Of a stretch of DNA of 64,000 nucleotides, positions 47,552 to 61,000 are shown in pieces. Position numbers and translations under genes: made by a program. The DNA is from Calcarisporiella thermophila CBS 279.70 (lineage: Eukaryota; Fungi; Calcarisporiellomycota), in NCBI RefSeq assembly GCF_041956535.1, contig NW_027192196.1:328921-392920 (forward strand). Direction: 5' to 3'. The notes beneath the pieces are model-generated. The model worked only from the letters and a program-made list of their open reading frames with translations. It was not told the DNA's origin and searched no databases. Numbering within the stretch: position 1 is the stretch's first letter; each line of letters begins with the position of its first letter.

Positions 47552-50500
47552 TCATGCTAGTTTGACGTAGTCTATGCTTCCCCGCACAGTTTGAATGGTT
47601 GGGAACATTTGTAAGCCTACAACCTCGGGATTCCAGTTCACCCTGCCCAACTTCCTGGAAATTGTCACTTTGATGGTAGTATAAATAATCATGAAGATTC
47701 CAAATGCGAACGGTATCAGCCAGAACAAAGGATGAAGCTTGTAAGAAGTTCCAAAGGGTTCGTTAAGGGGCGGGCAATAAACAATGATCATGGAAAGCGC
47801 CCCCCCGCATAGTATCCCAAGGAAGTTACGCGGATTCCGAAATACAAACCGCCCGATTGGTGGTTTGAAACGTGCCTTGCAGGCAAACATGTTGAATGCT
47901 TGTGTGATCATGATCGAGAGATATACAATGGACTGTGCTTGAGCTAGGGCCTCTTTCTGGTTAGCATAATTTAATATGCGTCCATTTCTAGTGACATAAT
48001 CGGGTGACCCATCATTAAAGAAGACATTGGCCTTAGCCATCTCACGAGCATCGTATGGGCTAATCCCGTGATAATAGAGTACAAGAAAAAATCTAAAGAA
48101 TGAGAATATACGCGATTCCATTATTATAGGTATTAGCAATGCTACTCATTTATCTATTTGGTTCTTAAAGAAACTTACGCAGTCATACTGGACGCGGCTT
48201 CAATTATTCCAGCCTCAATGTATGCCCACGATAACAAATTGCCATCCACCAGAACTTCCCCGTCAGCTCCGCTTAGAGTGTGCCAAAATTGTTTACTAAA
48301 AACATGGCGAATGCCTTTAAAGGTTCCACATAAGCCAAATAATTTACACTGCTTTTTATCTGAACTCGTGCTCGTAGCTTGTCGCATGCTCAGACGCAAC
48401 CGCTCGATGGATTCGGGAGTCACCGGTTTGCGTGGCTGCAATTTCATTAATCCAGCTTTCGATTCAGGAGTATCCCATGCAAATGAGAGAGCCATAAAAA
48501 GCTCAAATCCTAAATCTATCACCAGCAATAATATGGCAGAGAGCGGGAGAGGTAGAGGTACAACCACATAAAGGAGCTGGGGGACTACTTCAGGCGTTGA
48601 ATGCGAAAGGGTGTAACGAATTGATTTCTTTAGGTTGGTGAATATAAGACGCCCCTCCTCAATTCCCTTTACAGTGGAAGCAAAATTATCATCAAGTAGA
48701 ATCATCGCTGCTGCTTCTTTTGACACATCACTTCCTGATAAATTCATGGCAATACCAAGGTCAGCCTTTTTTAATGCAGGCGAGTCATTCACTCCATCTC
48801 CTGTAACTCCAACTATGTGCCCAATAGATTGTGCACGCTTAACAATTTCAAGTTTATGATGGGGTGAGGTGCGTGCAAAGATGATCTCGTTCTTAGAAAA
48901 TATATAGTCCCACTTTTTTGCAATGTTAGCGTCATTGAACATATACCAAGATGCAGAAAATGTTTATATACTTTACCTCTTCATCAGTTAGAGTATCAAT
49001 TTGCTCTCCGTGTACAACTACAGCTTCGAATTCATTTTCTCCCACGTCTTCTAGACTTCGCCCTGTTCTCTTAGCCAGTGACTCACGCGTATCGGAAAGG
49101 ATTAGATTAATTTTACGCCCAATTGCCTCTGCTGTAAGGGGATGGTCTCCTGTCACCATCATGACTTTGATCCCTGCCGAACGACACTTTCCTATCGCTT
49201 CGCGTACCCCATGTTTCGGGGGATCTTCCAGGGATGCCAGCCCGACAAATGTTAGATTGGAGTTGGGATAATTTTCTTTTGAGAATTGGAAATCAAGAGG
49301 ATATCTGTCTCGTGAAAGTAAGAGTTGTGCAAAGGCAAGAACCCGATGTCCCTGTCCCGCCATATATTCATACATTGCCTGGAATTCCTCACGATCTTCT
49401 AGTGTCAAAGGTACTGTTTCACCATTCTCCAGTAGTATATTGGTACATAGCCCCAGAACTCGCTCTGGAGCACCTTTGATATACAACGTTAGATCTCCAT
49501 ACTGATGTTCCTTGCGATGTATAGATAGTTGCCATTTATTCGTCGAGTTGAATGGAATCTCGAAAGTTTTTGGGAATAATTCGCCTATTTTCTCCCACTC
49601 AGGCATATTAAAAGCGACAAAGCGTAGGAGCCCAGCCTCGGTTGCATCCCCAATTACTTCGCGTTGATTGATAGGCACATCGGTACGATTGAATTTGGCA
49701 CGACAACAAAGAGCAGAGTTATGGAAGATCGCCCTTACTCCTGGAGTATTTGCACTAAACTCTTCACGTGTATAATATCTCGATCCTGTCCACAGACTCA
49801 TCACCGTCATTTGGTTGCGCGTTAGAGTTCCTGTTTTATCCGATGCAAGGAGGGTGATAGCTCCTAGAGTCTCTACCCCTTGTAAATCCTTGACAAGTAC
49901 ATTGTGTGCAGCCATTCTCTTCGCTGTGATTGTTAGCAGCATAGTTACTGTTGCGGGGAGACCCTGGGGTACCCACGCCACGAGCACCCCAATTCCAAAA
50001 TTAAGAGTGAGCGAAAGTTTGCCGTTGTTTGCACGTAACCCCACAAAGAAAAATACAATTGCTGTCACAATGGCAATAGACGCGATCACCTTTACAAACT
50101 GTTCAATCTCTGATGCAAGAGGCGACTGCCGCTTGATTTCGCCAGCAGTCAGTCCGGCAATTTGACCGAGCACAGTATCATCCCCAGTACGTATAACAAC
50201 CCCATACCCTTCGCCAGCCACGATAAGAGTTCCGTTGAAAACTAAGTTCGATGCCTCAAGTGGATTTGTGTGTGTGTTCTCAATTGTTCGATCTTGGGGC
50301 TCAGACTCTCCGGTGAGTGAGGAGTTATCGACCTTCATTTCATTAGAATGAAATAGAAAGAGATCGGCAGGCACTTTATCCCCTTGCCGTATAAACACAA
50401 TATCGCCTTTGACCAGGTCAGCCGCTAGTATCTGTTGAAGATTACCTCCACGAATGCAATTGCAAGCTTGGGGTATCATATTCAGGAAGGATTCAAGAAT

Positions 50501-51279
50501 AGCTGCTGATTTTTGCATTTGGTAAAATTCTATTAATGCGTTGAGGAAAGCAACCCCAATGAGAATAGCCCCAAGGTATATCTACAATAAGAGTGTCTAT
50601 ATTAATTTAAATATTCAATGCAAGTATGAAAATGCAACAGATTACGTTGGGAAAGTTGCCGATAGGATCCATTGCTAATAGAATATATTCTAAGATCCCT
50701 GCTAAAATAAGCAGCAGATTGAAGAGCGTTTTCAGGCAATCAAAATAAATCACAATGGGATGCTTTTTTTTAGGAGGACTCAGTATATTCGGGCCGTGCT
50801 CCTTTAGCAGTTGCGAGGCCGCAGCGGGATTCAACCCTACCGAATTTGCTGGTTTATTCAAATTTATGGATGTGGTATAGCGCAGCGCAACTTGGTCTGG
50901 TGTAAGCAAATGTTCATCCTATTTAATATATCGAGATTTTAGGGTTTGCAAGAATGGTATTGCGATCAAATCGATGACCACTCAAATGGAAACCCACAAT
51001 ATTGGATCTCTTTTCCTTCCCTGACTGGCTTTTCTCCTTGCTCGATGTTCCTTCAGGAATTTTCTCGGATGACTTAGGATCGTTAGCAGCAAAACTTTTG
51101 CGTTGTTCTGGTGCTACTTGCTCGGAAAAGGATACTCTGAAGCCTTTCTGACCAGTTTTTCTATTGTGTTTGTTACCGGACCAGGTTGGCTCTCCCAGCT
51201 CATAAGCATTTTCCTCCGCTTCTTCATATGATGACTGGACTAAATCTTCTTGAGAATTAGCTCGCTGTCTTTTATACAT
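47552..51279 (-). CDS. P-type ATPase, type IIC (Na/K- or H/K-ATPase alpha-like)
   Basis: '[12 protein letters not shown]', 'SDKTGTLT', '[15 protein letters not shown]', 'KGAPERV', 'MVTGDHP', '[15 protein letters not shown]' and 'EEGRLIF'. Confidence 0.93.
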
Positions 51280-51804
51280 CTATCAATGAAGCAGGTATCC
51301 TATATGCGAAAATACAGGCAATAAAATAAAATGATCGTATCGAACAACAGATCTGTAGTTAAAAAAATGAATAGTAAGGAATGGACAAAGCGAAAGAAAT
51401 AATGGGAACTGATAGGGAATGATGAGAATTGAAATGAGTAAAGAGAAGCACTAGGATATCAACAAGCTTGAGCAAGATTCAATTACCCCTTGAAAATCTC
51501 TCTAATTATGCTTGCACATGCATTAGGATGCTTTCGAATATTCGAATCCTAGAGTCGATTATTTAATTGAAATGAAAACGGGTTGTTCGCGTGAACACAA
51601 GCTTCCTTTTGGGGGTTATATTAATTAGTGGTATGGAAAACTCGATAAAATGGGTTATTCCAGGAGAGCGATGATTAAATCATGCAATTTACTTATTTCT
51701 TTTGAATATCGCGTATGTCATTCAGATAAAGATGTATATCAATAGTGTACAATATAAGTATGTGTACTGTGAGGATACCGAAGAAAATATAATATTAGCT
51801 GTAT

Positions 51805-52580
51805 TTAGCACTTGGGTAAATTAGGAGGTAGAGGGGTGTTTGTGGGCGTGTATTCAGGAGGCACATCTAGGATAACCTCAGCTGGAGGTGCAGCGGCCAA
51901 ATTTTCTGCAAACCTACGAGTGCGATATGCTTGAACTACTAAATGCGAAATCCCTTTCTTTTTGCTGCACTTTTTCGGTAAACCAGGCCTATTGCGGATC
52001 ATTCGCCAAGCAATACGGTGGGTCGGTCCATCTTGAATATTGAATTCGTTGATTTTGTTTACTAATGCTGGTATGAACTAGACAAATCAATCCATAACCA
52101 TAGTTAGATTAAACAATTGTGTAGTTAGAGTAATTTTTCAAATATCAATTACATTTTTATCGTAGTGTCGATTATACTTTATGCCATAAATGGTCATAAA
52201 TGCAATAAAGGACCCTGTACTGATCAAAATAAAGAGAGTTCCAATAAACCAAGGAATATAAGCAAGCCCCATCCCGAATCCTGTAACAACGATGACATAT
52301 ACAATAGGGGCGACGACAAAAGGCCAGACTTTACCCCCCAATGTCGCAATAGCAAGACTATCAAGTTCTATTCTTCGGGACTCGAATAAGTTAGGTGGCA
52401 CCTATATTACAAACAGCAAAGATTAGAGTCACATCCTCATATTTTTCTATGCATAAAAAAATTAGCGCAAAGTAATACCATATCTTCCACAGGAGTAGTG
52501 TATTCTACTATGGCGAAACCATACCCCTCACTAGATTTTTCCAGCTCTAGACTGACCAGTGTATCTTGTTCATATACCAT
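51805..52580 (-). CDS. Uncharacterised 2-TM membrane protein with a C-terminal PPEY (PY) motif, 3 exons
   Basis: Two hydrophobic helices ('WPFVVAPIVYVIVVTGF', 'WFIGTLFILISTGSFIAF') and tail 'DVPPEYTP'. Exons join in frame. Confidence 0.6.
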
Positions 52581-54141
52581 ATTCTCTTATATTCTGCCTC
52601 GGCTTCGAATAGGGTAATCTTTTGTTGCGCGATGGGTCGAAAGAATTTTAGCTGCTTTTAACCCCGAACTGTTTTAGCCAAGAGCCCACTCAAGAAAATT
52701 TCTAAGAAAGCCGAGAAATATTTCCAATTTAGTAGCCTGAAAATCCAGATTTAGAATAGATTCACACTGCTAGCAGCATCAATGCAGTATACAAATTTTA
52801 CACGGTCGCAGTAAGCATTTCTTATCATATTTGCGAAGTATTTTAATCACTATGGTTAAAAAGACAGTATTGTATTCTTGCTGCCCGTGAATATGAACAC
52901 AAACAGGATAGATTTAACTGTGTAATAATATGGATTTATATTCACTGTCTTTTATGTCGATGGTCCATCGAGGTTTAGTTTTACAATGCGGTCGTATACG
53001 CATTAGTTCAGCGTTTATTGATGTATCAGGAGCTGTAATGATATTAATAAAAAAAATTTGTAAATTCTTCGAAACTAGTTTATAAATTTTTTCTCTTCTC
53101 ATTGTCTTGGCATTTTTAATGTAATACGTTATTATCACGTAATAGCCACCGTCACTAAATGACCTCAAATCTTCATTTCATAGGGACAATATGGCATATT
53201 CCACAATTTTAAATTGTAGCAATACAATTCGATATATTTTAAGTAAAAGTTTGAAAAAAGCAATAGATACATTCGAAGAGAGAGCTTATAAAAAACAGAT
53301 TACGAAAGTGTTATGGGTTTCAGATTCCTTATAATGATTCATTGCGTCCTCTAAAAATGATCTCTTGATATCCATTGCTTACAGATCAATTATGAATCTT
53401 AGCAAAGTAAATATAGGGAGCTAATATCCACTAATGAAGCTTTGTTTACCCTATTGAATAATACAAAATAAGATTGAGTTGATATTTTCCAATGATCACC
53501 GGTCAGGACACGAAGAGATTCGAATATAGTTTTGGTATTTATGTTTGGTCATCCCACCTTACTAGCGTATTTGTTGTCATATGTTGTTTATTATTAATTA
53601 GAGATATTAATATTGTAGTAGTTGGATTACAATATGTGGCTTAGTTTTTGACCTACTTAAATATTATTAAAGCCTGGCAGTAGAATTGATTGTTTACTTT
53701 ATCTTTTTCTCTCCTCGACAATTGTATTTATAGTTTTGTAGAGACACGCGTTTAGCATGCAGCTTCAATCCATTTGTTAGTTTTAAGGTAGGCAACTTTA
53801 CTTTTTCTATATAACCTACCTGGCAAAGATGTTGCAAATCGATTAGTCTTTAAGACATCAAATAATGGTTCAAATGCACTGCCCTGAGCCTGTTAAATTT
53901 ATTTCTAATTTAATCCTTTAAGTGCAAAACTGACTTTTTTTTCTCAAATAGGCTCATATACGCTCAAATTCTATGTATCATTCCATTTTTTTTTTAAATA
54001 AAATAGAACAATATTGTTTTAATAAAAAGGATTAATATTCAAGAAATTTACTAGTATAAATGATATTCTTATTATTAATGACAATTTCAAATATCTAAAT
54101 GGTGTAAAAAATAAATATTATTTATAAAGAAGTGCTCCAAT

Positions 54142-55625
54142 CTAATGCCGGTGAGAGGCTTGGTAATATACTTCGCTTGTCCCTACTCTAAGGCTCTGCT
54201 TAATTTTCTCTATCCACAGAGCGAGACTTTGTCCCATCACTGTAATCTTTATCCTCAGCGATCCCGCTTTTTCTTCCTCAAGGGGCATGGTCAGAGGTAT
54301 AAGATTCGGTCGTCCGAATGCATGGTTTACGATTTGTACACCTTCGTCGCGCACGCGAATATATCCTTTAACTCGATAGATATCTTCAGAGGGCAAATTT
54401 CGCAAAAAATCTTCAAGCTCTGCGCGCGTTAAAAGGTCGTTTTCCTCTTCTTCGCGAGCAGAAGGGGAATGTGAAATAACTTGAATAAGATCAATCTCAT
54501 TAGCATGATGATCCCTATCTCCGAGCAAGTCGGGAAGAGGGTTTGAAGATTTTGTGCAAATCTCGAAAAGACGAGTATCAAGACCGAAGATGAGATCGGG
54601 GGATATGCCATCAGATTCATTGCATTTGATTTTAGGCGTGTCAGTATTAAGGTCATTGACACGATCTATGACGATATCTAGCTGTCGTTCATCAACCTAA
54701 AAAAAAATAAAACTAAGCATTAAAGATGATTCAATTTCACCTATCTACACGAATGGCTCACCAACTCATGTTTATTTAATATTATGGCATCCGTATATTT
54801 TGCTTGCATTTTAGCTGTATAAGACGTATCCTCATATCCTATATGTTGTTATTAAGCAATACAAATATATATTTGAACTACTATTTTTCCCATACCTGTG
54901 AAGTTAACACAATCTATAACAGTGACAATGGAATCTAAATGAAAGCCATCATCTTTCATTTCTCGTATTTGCCATGCAATGGGAGCTATAAGCAAAGTTA
55001 GATAACCATATGGGCGTGATAGCTTCGAAAAATGTCAAGTACCTGGAAATGCAGAGCCACTATATATTAAATATAAAATAGACAATTTAGATATTCAGAA
55101 AATGCGCATATGTCTAAATTCTTGTAAAATGTTCACCTTGTTTCGATTATAATTCTATCTGGATTATATTTCTCTACGTATATAACATTCAATAGTATGC
55201 ATAGAATAGCAGTATCTATAAATTAATTACCTTTGAGTTCCAAGAGTCCAAGTTTCAGTTGGCCAACAAGTACGCAGCAAATGCATCCATTCAGATATTC
55301 AAGAACACCAACATTATTCTCTTTCGCAAGTTGACTGTCAACTGAAATGAATCAAATAAGTCATCATGTCTTACAGATTATTTCAATATATAAAGGGAAA
55401 AATAATAATACCTGCGATGTCTCCAAATTCATTTTTTAGGAGGCAAATTTTATAATTGTCGAGGTGTTCTAATTGTTTTAGTAAAGAGAGTATAATTGTA
55501 GTTTTTCCCTAGTACACAAATTACATTAAGATCGACTAAATGAGATCGGAAATACAGATTAAGAATATAGCACTTACTGCTCCGAGGAACCCAGTAAATA
55601 CATTCACTTCAATAGTCTTTGTCAT
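54142..55625 (-). CDS. CobW/COG0523 (ZNG1-like) zinc metallochaperone GTPase, multi-exon, including a 17-nt micro-exon
   Basis: 'FTGFLGAGKTT', 'KNEFGD', 'NGCICC', 'IIIETSG', 'LNKHE' and CobW_C 'IYRVKG'. Confidence 0.9.
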
Positions 55626-55797
55626 TTTATCTAATATGGTTATCTAAATTCGATAGAACATGAAAGGCCGCTGTAACATGAAATGTGACCGCTAGATGTG
55701 ACTGTAATATTCAGTGGTCACATAAATTTGTTTACTTCTTCTCAGCTTGAATAGTACATCCCGGGTTTGAAGCATTGCCGAGGGATACATTGGGAGA

Positions 55798-58700
55798 ATG
55801 AAGCACGATTTTAAGGTAAATCATTTCATTTTCCATAGAAACATTGAGTCTTTATGCTGCTCGGTTTCTTTGTATAGTATATTTTGTGTATAGAGATGTC
55901 TCATAATTTTTTCATGTTGTATAGTTCTCGAATCTCTGCGGAACAGTATATAAGCAGGGCAATCTGGTGTTTACACCAGATGGCAACTCGATTCTTAGCC
56001 CTGTTGGAAATAGAGTGTCCATGTTTGACCTTGTAAAGTGAGTTACTGCAAGATCTTTCTTTACCCTGCTCATATATATTCAACACCATATTTTTTGTAG
56101 TAATAAATCCATCACGTTCCCATTTGAAAACCGCAAAAATATTTCTCGCATAGCTTTGTCTCCTCAGGCGACATTGCTTCTCTCTGTTGATGAAGGTAAG
56201 CCAGTAATCTAAGATGTTTTCTTTTATTTCCAAAGTCTAATTTTCGATTATCTAATATATAGATGGTCGAACCGTACTTGTTAATTTCCAGCGTCGCGTT
56301 GTGCTTCACCGTTTTAGTTTTAAAGAGAAAGTTAATGATATCAAATTTAGTCCGGATGGTCGATTCTTTGCAATTACCCATGGAAAGCAAGTGCAGGTGT
56401 GGAAAACTCCTGGATTTAATCGCGAATTTGCTCCTTTTGTTCTCCACCGTACTTATACGGGACATTATGACGAGGTGCTAACAATATCATGGGCACCTGA
56501 CTCAAAGTAGGTGCTTTTTTCATTTTATTACTGATGTTCGCTCTTAATAACAGCAATGTCCTCAACACTTTCCTTTAGATATTTCCTCACGACTTCAAAA
56601 GATATGACGGCACGTTTATATTCCTTGAATCCAGTTGAAGGGTTTACACCAGTAACATTTACAGGACATCGTGACTACGTTCTGGGTGCTTATTTTGCTG
56701 CTGACCAAGAGACAGTTCGTTGATATTAGTCTTCTTTTCCATCCCAATATTTGCGTATTCATCTGATCATTCTCTCTTATAGATATATACAGTCAGCAGA
56801 GATGGTGCAATTTTTTCCTGGAAATTTGTGACCAGACAATCTCGCAATGACAATGAGGATTTCGAGGAGCAAACCAAAACTCCCGAAAAGGAGGCAGCAA
56901 AACGATGGCGTATCGTGAAGCGCAATTATTTTATGCAGAAAAGCTCAAAAGTAGTTTGCGTTACTTTCCATCCAGCATCTTCTCTTCTTGTAGCAGGATT
57001 TTCAACCGGAATCTTCGGACTTTGGGAAATGCCCGACTTCAACAATATCCACACGCTGAGTATTTCCCAAAAGAAAATTGATAGTGTCACGATAAATCCA
57101 ACAGGAGAATGGCTTGCTTTTGGGTCATCAAAACTTGGGCAATTACTTGTATGGGAATGGCAGTCAGAATCTTATGTGCTAAAACAGCAAGGACATTTCT
57201 ACGATATGAATACACTTGCTTTTTCCCACGATGGGCAGAATGTGGCAACAGGCGGTGACGATGGAAAGTTAAAGCTTTGGAACACGGTGACTGGCTTCTG
57301 CTTCGTCACCTTTGGTGAGCATTCATCTGGAATTAGCGCAGTTGAATTTGCAAAAGGCGGGCAAGTAGTATTCTCCGCCAGTCTTGATGGAACAGTCAGA
57401 GCGTTCGATTTAACGAGATACAGAAACTTCCGTACTTTTACCAGCCCAAACCCTGCGCAATTCTCAGCGCTGGCGGTAGATCCAAGTGGAGAAATTGTTT
57501 GCGCAGGCTCCCTCGATACATTTGAAATTTTTGTGTGGTCTGTTCAGACGGGTAAATTGCTGGACATCCTGAGCGGTCACACTGGACCGATCTCTTCTCT
57601 CTCTTTCAGCTCTACTGGAATGATCCTCGCATCAGGTTCCTGGGATAAGTCTGTGCGCACATGGGATGTGTTTGGTCGCAAGAAGCACGTAGAATCATTT
57701 GAGCATAAATCAGATGTTTTGGCAGTCGCATTCCGTCCCGACGGAAAAGAGCTGTGTGCTTCTACGCTAGATGGACTATTGACTTTCTGGGATGTTGAGC
57801 ATGGAAAACTACGTAAAGTAATCGAGGGAAGGCGAGATATCGCCGGTGGGCGCAAGTCGACCGATCGCATGACTGCAGCAAATTCAACTTCGGGCAAGAG
57901 CTTTAACAGTATTTGCTATACTGCAGAAGGATCTTCCATCATTGCGGGAGGGAACAGCAAATACATATGCATTTACGATGTGCAAAGTCAAATTTTACTG
58001 AAAAAGTTCCAAACCTCTCAAAATCTGTCTATGGATGGTACTCGCGAATTCCTCAACAGTAAAAACATGACGGAAGCCGGTCCCATTGATTTGATCCAAG
58101 ACAACGAGGAGAGTGATATTGAGGATCGTGCAGATTCAAGCCTACCAGGTGTGGGAAAGGGTGATTTATCTTTGCGAAGAACACGCCCAGAGATCCGTAC
58201 CAAATGCGTGCGCTTTTCTCCAACTGGCAGAGCATGGGCAGCAGCCACCACTGAGGGATTACTAGTTTATTCGCTCGATGATACACTTCATTTCGATCCA
58301 TTTGACCTCGAAATTGACATCACTCCCGAAACCGTCAACGAAGCGCTCGAGTCCCAAGAATATCTTCGTGCACTTATAATGTCATTCCGCCTTGGTGAAC
58401 GCCCCATTGTGCAACGAGTATATGAATCCGTTTCTCCAGGAGATGTCTCTCTAGTGGCAAGAGAAATGCCTGTTAAATACATTGAAAGATTATTGAAGTT
58501 CATTGCTAGCCATATGGAAGAATCGCCACATGTGGAGTTCCATCTTCTTTGGTGCACTTCAATATTGCGAAGTCATGGACAGTACATGCGTGCGAATTCA
58601 TCAGAGTTCCAGAGCATATTTAGATCGCTGCAAAAGGCAGTTGGGAAGATGCGAGAAGATTTGATTAAATTGTAAGTTTAGCTCTAATATGGATGCGAAT

Positions 58701-58844
58701 TAGTTTACTGTAATTATTATTTTGCTCTTTAGATGCGATGACAACACATATACACTCCAATATCTGCTTACACAGTGCGAGAAAAACAAGCAACTTGCTG
58801 AGAAAGAATCAAACGGAGTACTAGAAATGGACACCACCTCGTAA
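55798..58844 (+). CDS. PWP2: Periodic tryptophan protein 2 (UTP-B subunit), WD40
   Basis: 'FKFSNLCGTVYKQGNL', 'LGQLLVWEWQSESYVLKQQGH' and 'FDPFDL'. Confidence 0.97.
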
Positions 58845-58974
58845 TTTTTCTCTTTGTTAATATATTTCATTGTTTTTAATGTTATTTTGGAAATAAAACA
58901 TCAAAATCTGATCTATCTGACGTTTTAAATTAAATTGTCATAAATTGCCAAATTCTTTAATAGAGAATTCTTAA

Positions 58975-60453
58975 ATGCGTGGCGATTCTCCTGAATCTGA
59001 TTTCAAGTTCCAAAATTTCTACTGTTGCTATCTGCTACGGTCAAAGCAATTTAGATCAAGTGCGTACGTGGGCTCCACGCCTCATCCGATTCGACGGTTA
59101 CGACAGCACAATGGAGAAATTAAGGGTGGTGCTTACAAGACGCGTAAAAAAAGACCTTGGTGAGTGAATGTATAGATTGGTGGATTGAATTGTAAACATT
59201 AAATAAAGTAATTGAGTATAGGCAGATGGTGCTAATAGTTCATGGATTTCCTACGAGACTTGCAGCTCTCCAGGCAAGAATAAAAAAAAGGAAATTTTAA
59301 CGCGTTAATATATCTAATTAAAATGTCTCCAAATTGTAGTTTGAATGGGTGTGGCAAAATCCACATCGTTCTCGGCATTTTTGTTCCGCATTAACTACAC
59401 ATATAGCTGGTGCTATATCCACAGGATCAAAAGTGTATACAGGCAAACCAAGTGAAAGGCTCTATCTCACGAAGATACGTGTCCTTTCTGATATGCTAAT
59501 GCTACCAGGCTTTCAAAGATGGCCACTCAAGGTGCACTTTTTTTGTGAAGTGGCACGTGAGGATTTCCTGACTCTTGCTGATGTTGAACTTTCGAGAGAA
59601 TTGGAAATGACTTGGGGAGAGGCTAAAAGCATGGAATATACTTTTGCAGATGGAGGGGAGGCTGAAGGTATAACAATCGCATTGAATTTTATTTATTTTT
59701 TACTTTGAAAGACTAACTCATTGGTTAGAGAGAATGGAGAAAGAGGAATACGACCGATATCTCCACCGCACTGATGCCGCGATATCGTGTTATTTTTGTG
59801 ACAAATCTCTAGAATTTGCAGTGAGTTGATATGTTCATGTATAAAGTACTTCATATTAGAGATATACTCATATAAATCTTCAGCCACATCTTAGCTATGT
59901 CAACTGCTACCACAACAATTGTACTCTTACTGCCCACTTGTCTTGTATTGCTGCTCACTTTACGGTCAAACCTTTTCTCACAGGCTCTCATAAAATTACA
60001 CCACCCCTACTCCCAAAGCTTGGCGTGTGCCCACTTTGCTTTTTAACTTTGGAGTGGGGTCAGCTAATCCGTCGTAGCCATGCTCGCGCCAATTCGATCC
60101 GTGTTGCACTTGGTGAGTTAGTACAAAGTCCCTCACGAAGGCGAACACCACGGCGGATTGAGGGAGAAAATGTTCCGAGAATAATGCCAGGATCACCAAG
60201 TATGACCAGAACGAGATTACAAAAGCCTACAAAGTCGAAAAAATTGGAAGACGTTATCGAAGAGATGGAGAATTTAACACTCAATAGCAATCCTAATAGA
60301 AAGGATAGATTAAAGTGCAAGCGAAATCAGGTCGTAAAAGAAACAGGCTCTAAAATCATAGGGGATACTGCTGTAACAGCAAAGGAACAATGCGGAACTC
60401 TTGCAAATAAGTATCGTAAACACATTTATGTAGAAATTTCGGAAAGTGAATAA
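58975..60453 (+). CDS. SLX1: Structure-specific GIY-YIG endonuclease Slx1, including a GC-AG intron 59274-59339
   Basis: '[35 protein letters not shown]', 'ALQ|FEWVWQNP' and C-terminal RING-like 'HLSCIA..CPLC..WG'. Confidence 0.95.
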
Positions 60454-60572
60454 AGAAATTAAATTCCAAGGATAGTGCAGTCATTTCAGTTTTTATTTTT
60501 TATTTTTATAAGGTATTCACACTGTATTGTACAATAAATAAAGATTCAAAAAAACTCGTATATATCTGCCTT

Positions 60573-60938
60573 TTATTCGCTCCCCTGCTCCCATCGCCGC
60601 ATCAATTTTATTGCCCTTTCATATAACCTAATATCTAATCCATCCACATTTCTACACACTCTTGCTCTTAGCAACAATGGAGGCCTAAGTTGAGATGAGA
60701 CTTGTTCGCATCTTTCCAATTCGCCAATTACTTGAACTAGTGCTTTAAGCCTGTGAGTAAATTGTGCAATGAACTGTGTATCTACTATTAGCTCGGCTTT
60801 ATGTTCGATTACAGCGCGCTCAGTGGCGGAGTTATAGTCTATAAGATGCCCAGTTACGCGAACTGTAGTCCCATTATATGAATGAGGAGAGGATAAAAGT
60901 TCTTCTAGAAATACGATGCGACCATGCGGAATGATCAT
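60573..60938 (-). CDS. TEN1: CST complex subunit Ten1 (OB fold), intronless
   Basis: 'GTTVRVTGHLIDY', 'LVQVIGEL' and 'LRARVCRNVDGLDIRLYERAI'. Confidence 0.85.
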   Translation of the reverse strand: MIIPHGRIVFLEELLSSPHSYNGTTVRVTGHLIDYNSATERAVIEHKAELIVDTQFIAQFTHRLKALVQVIGELERCEQVSSQLRPPLLLRARVCRNVDGLDIRLYERAIKLMRRWEQGSE

Positions 60939-61000
60939 TTTTGATTTTAATATAATTCACAAATACAATAAAAGAGTAGAGCGCGTCTTTGGATCGGAAT

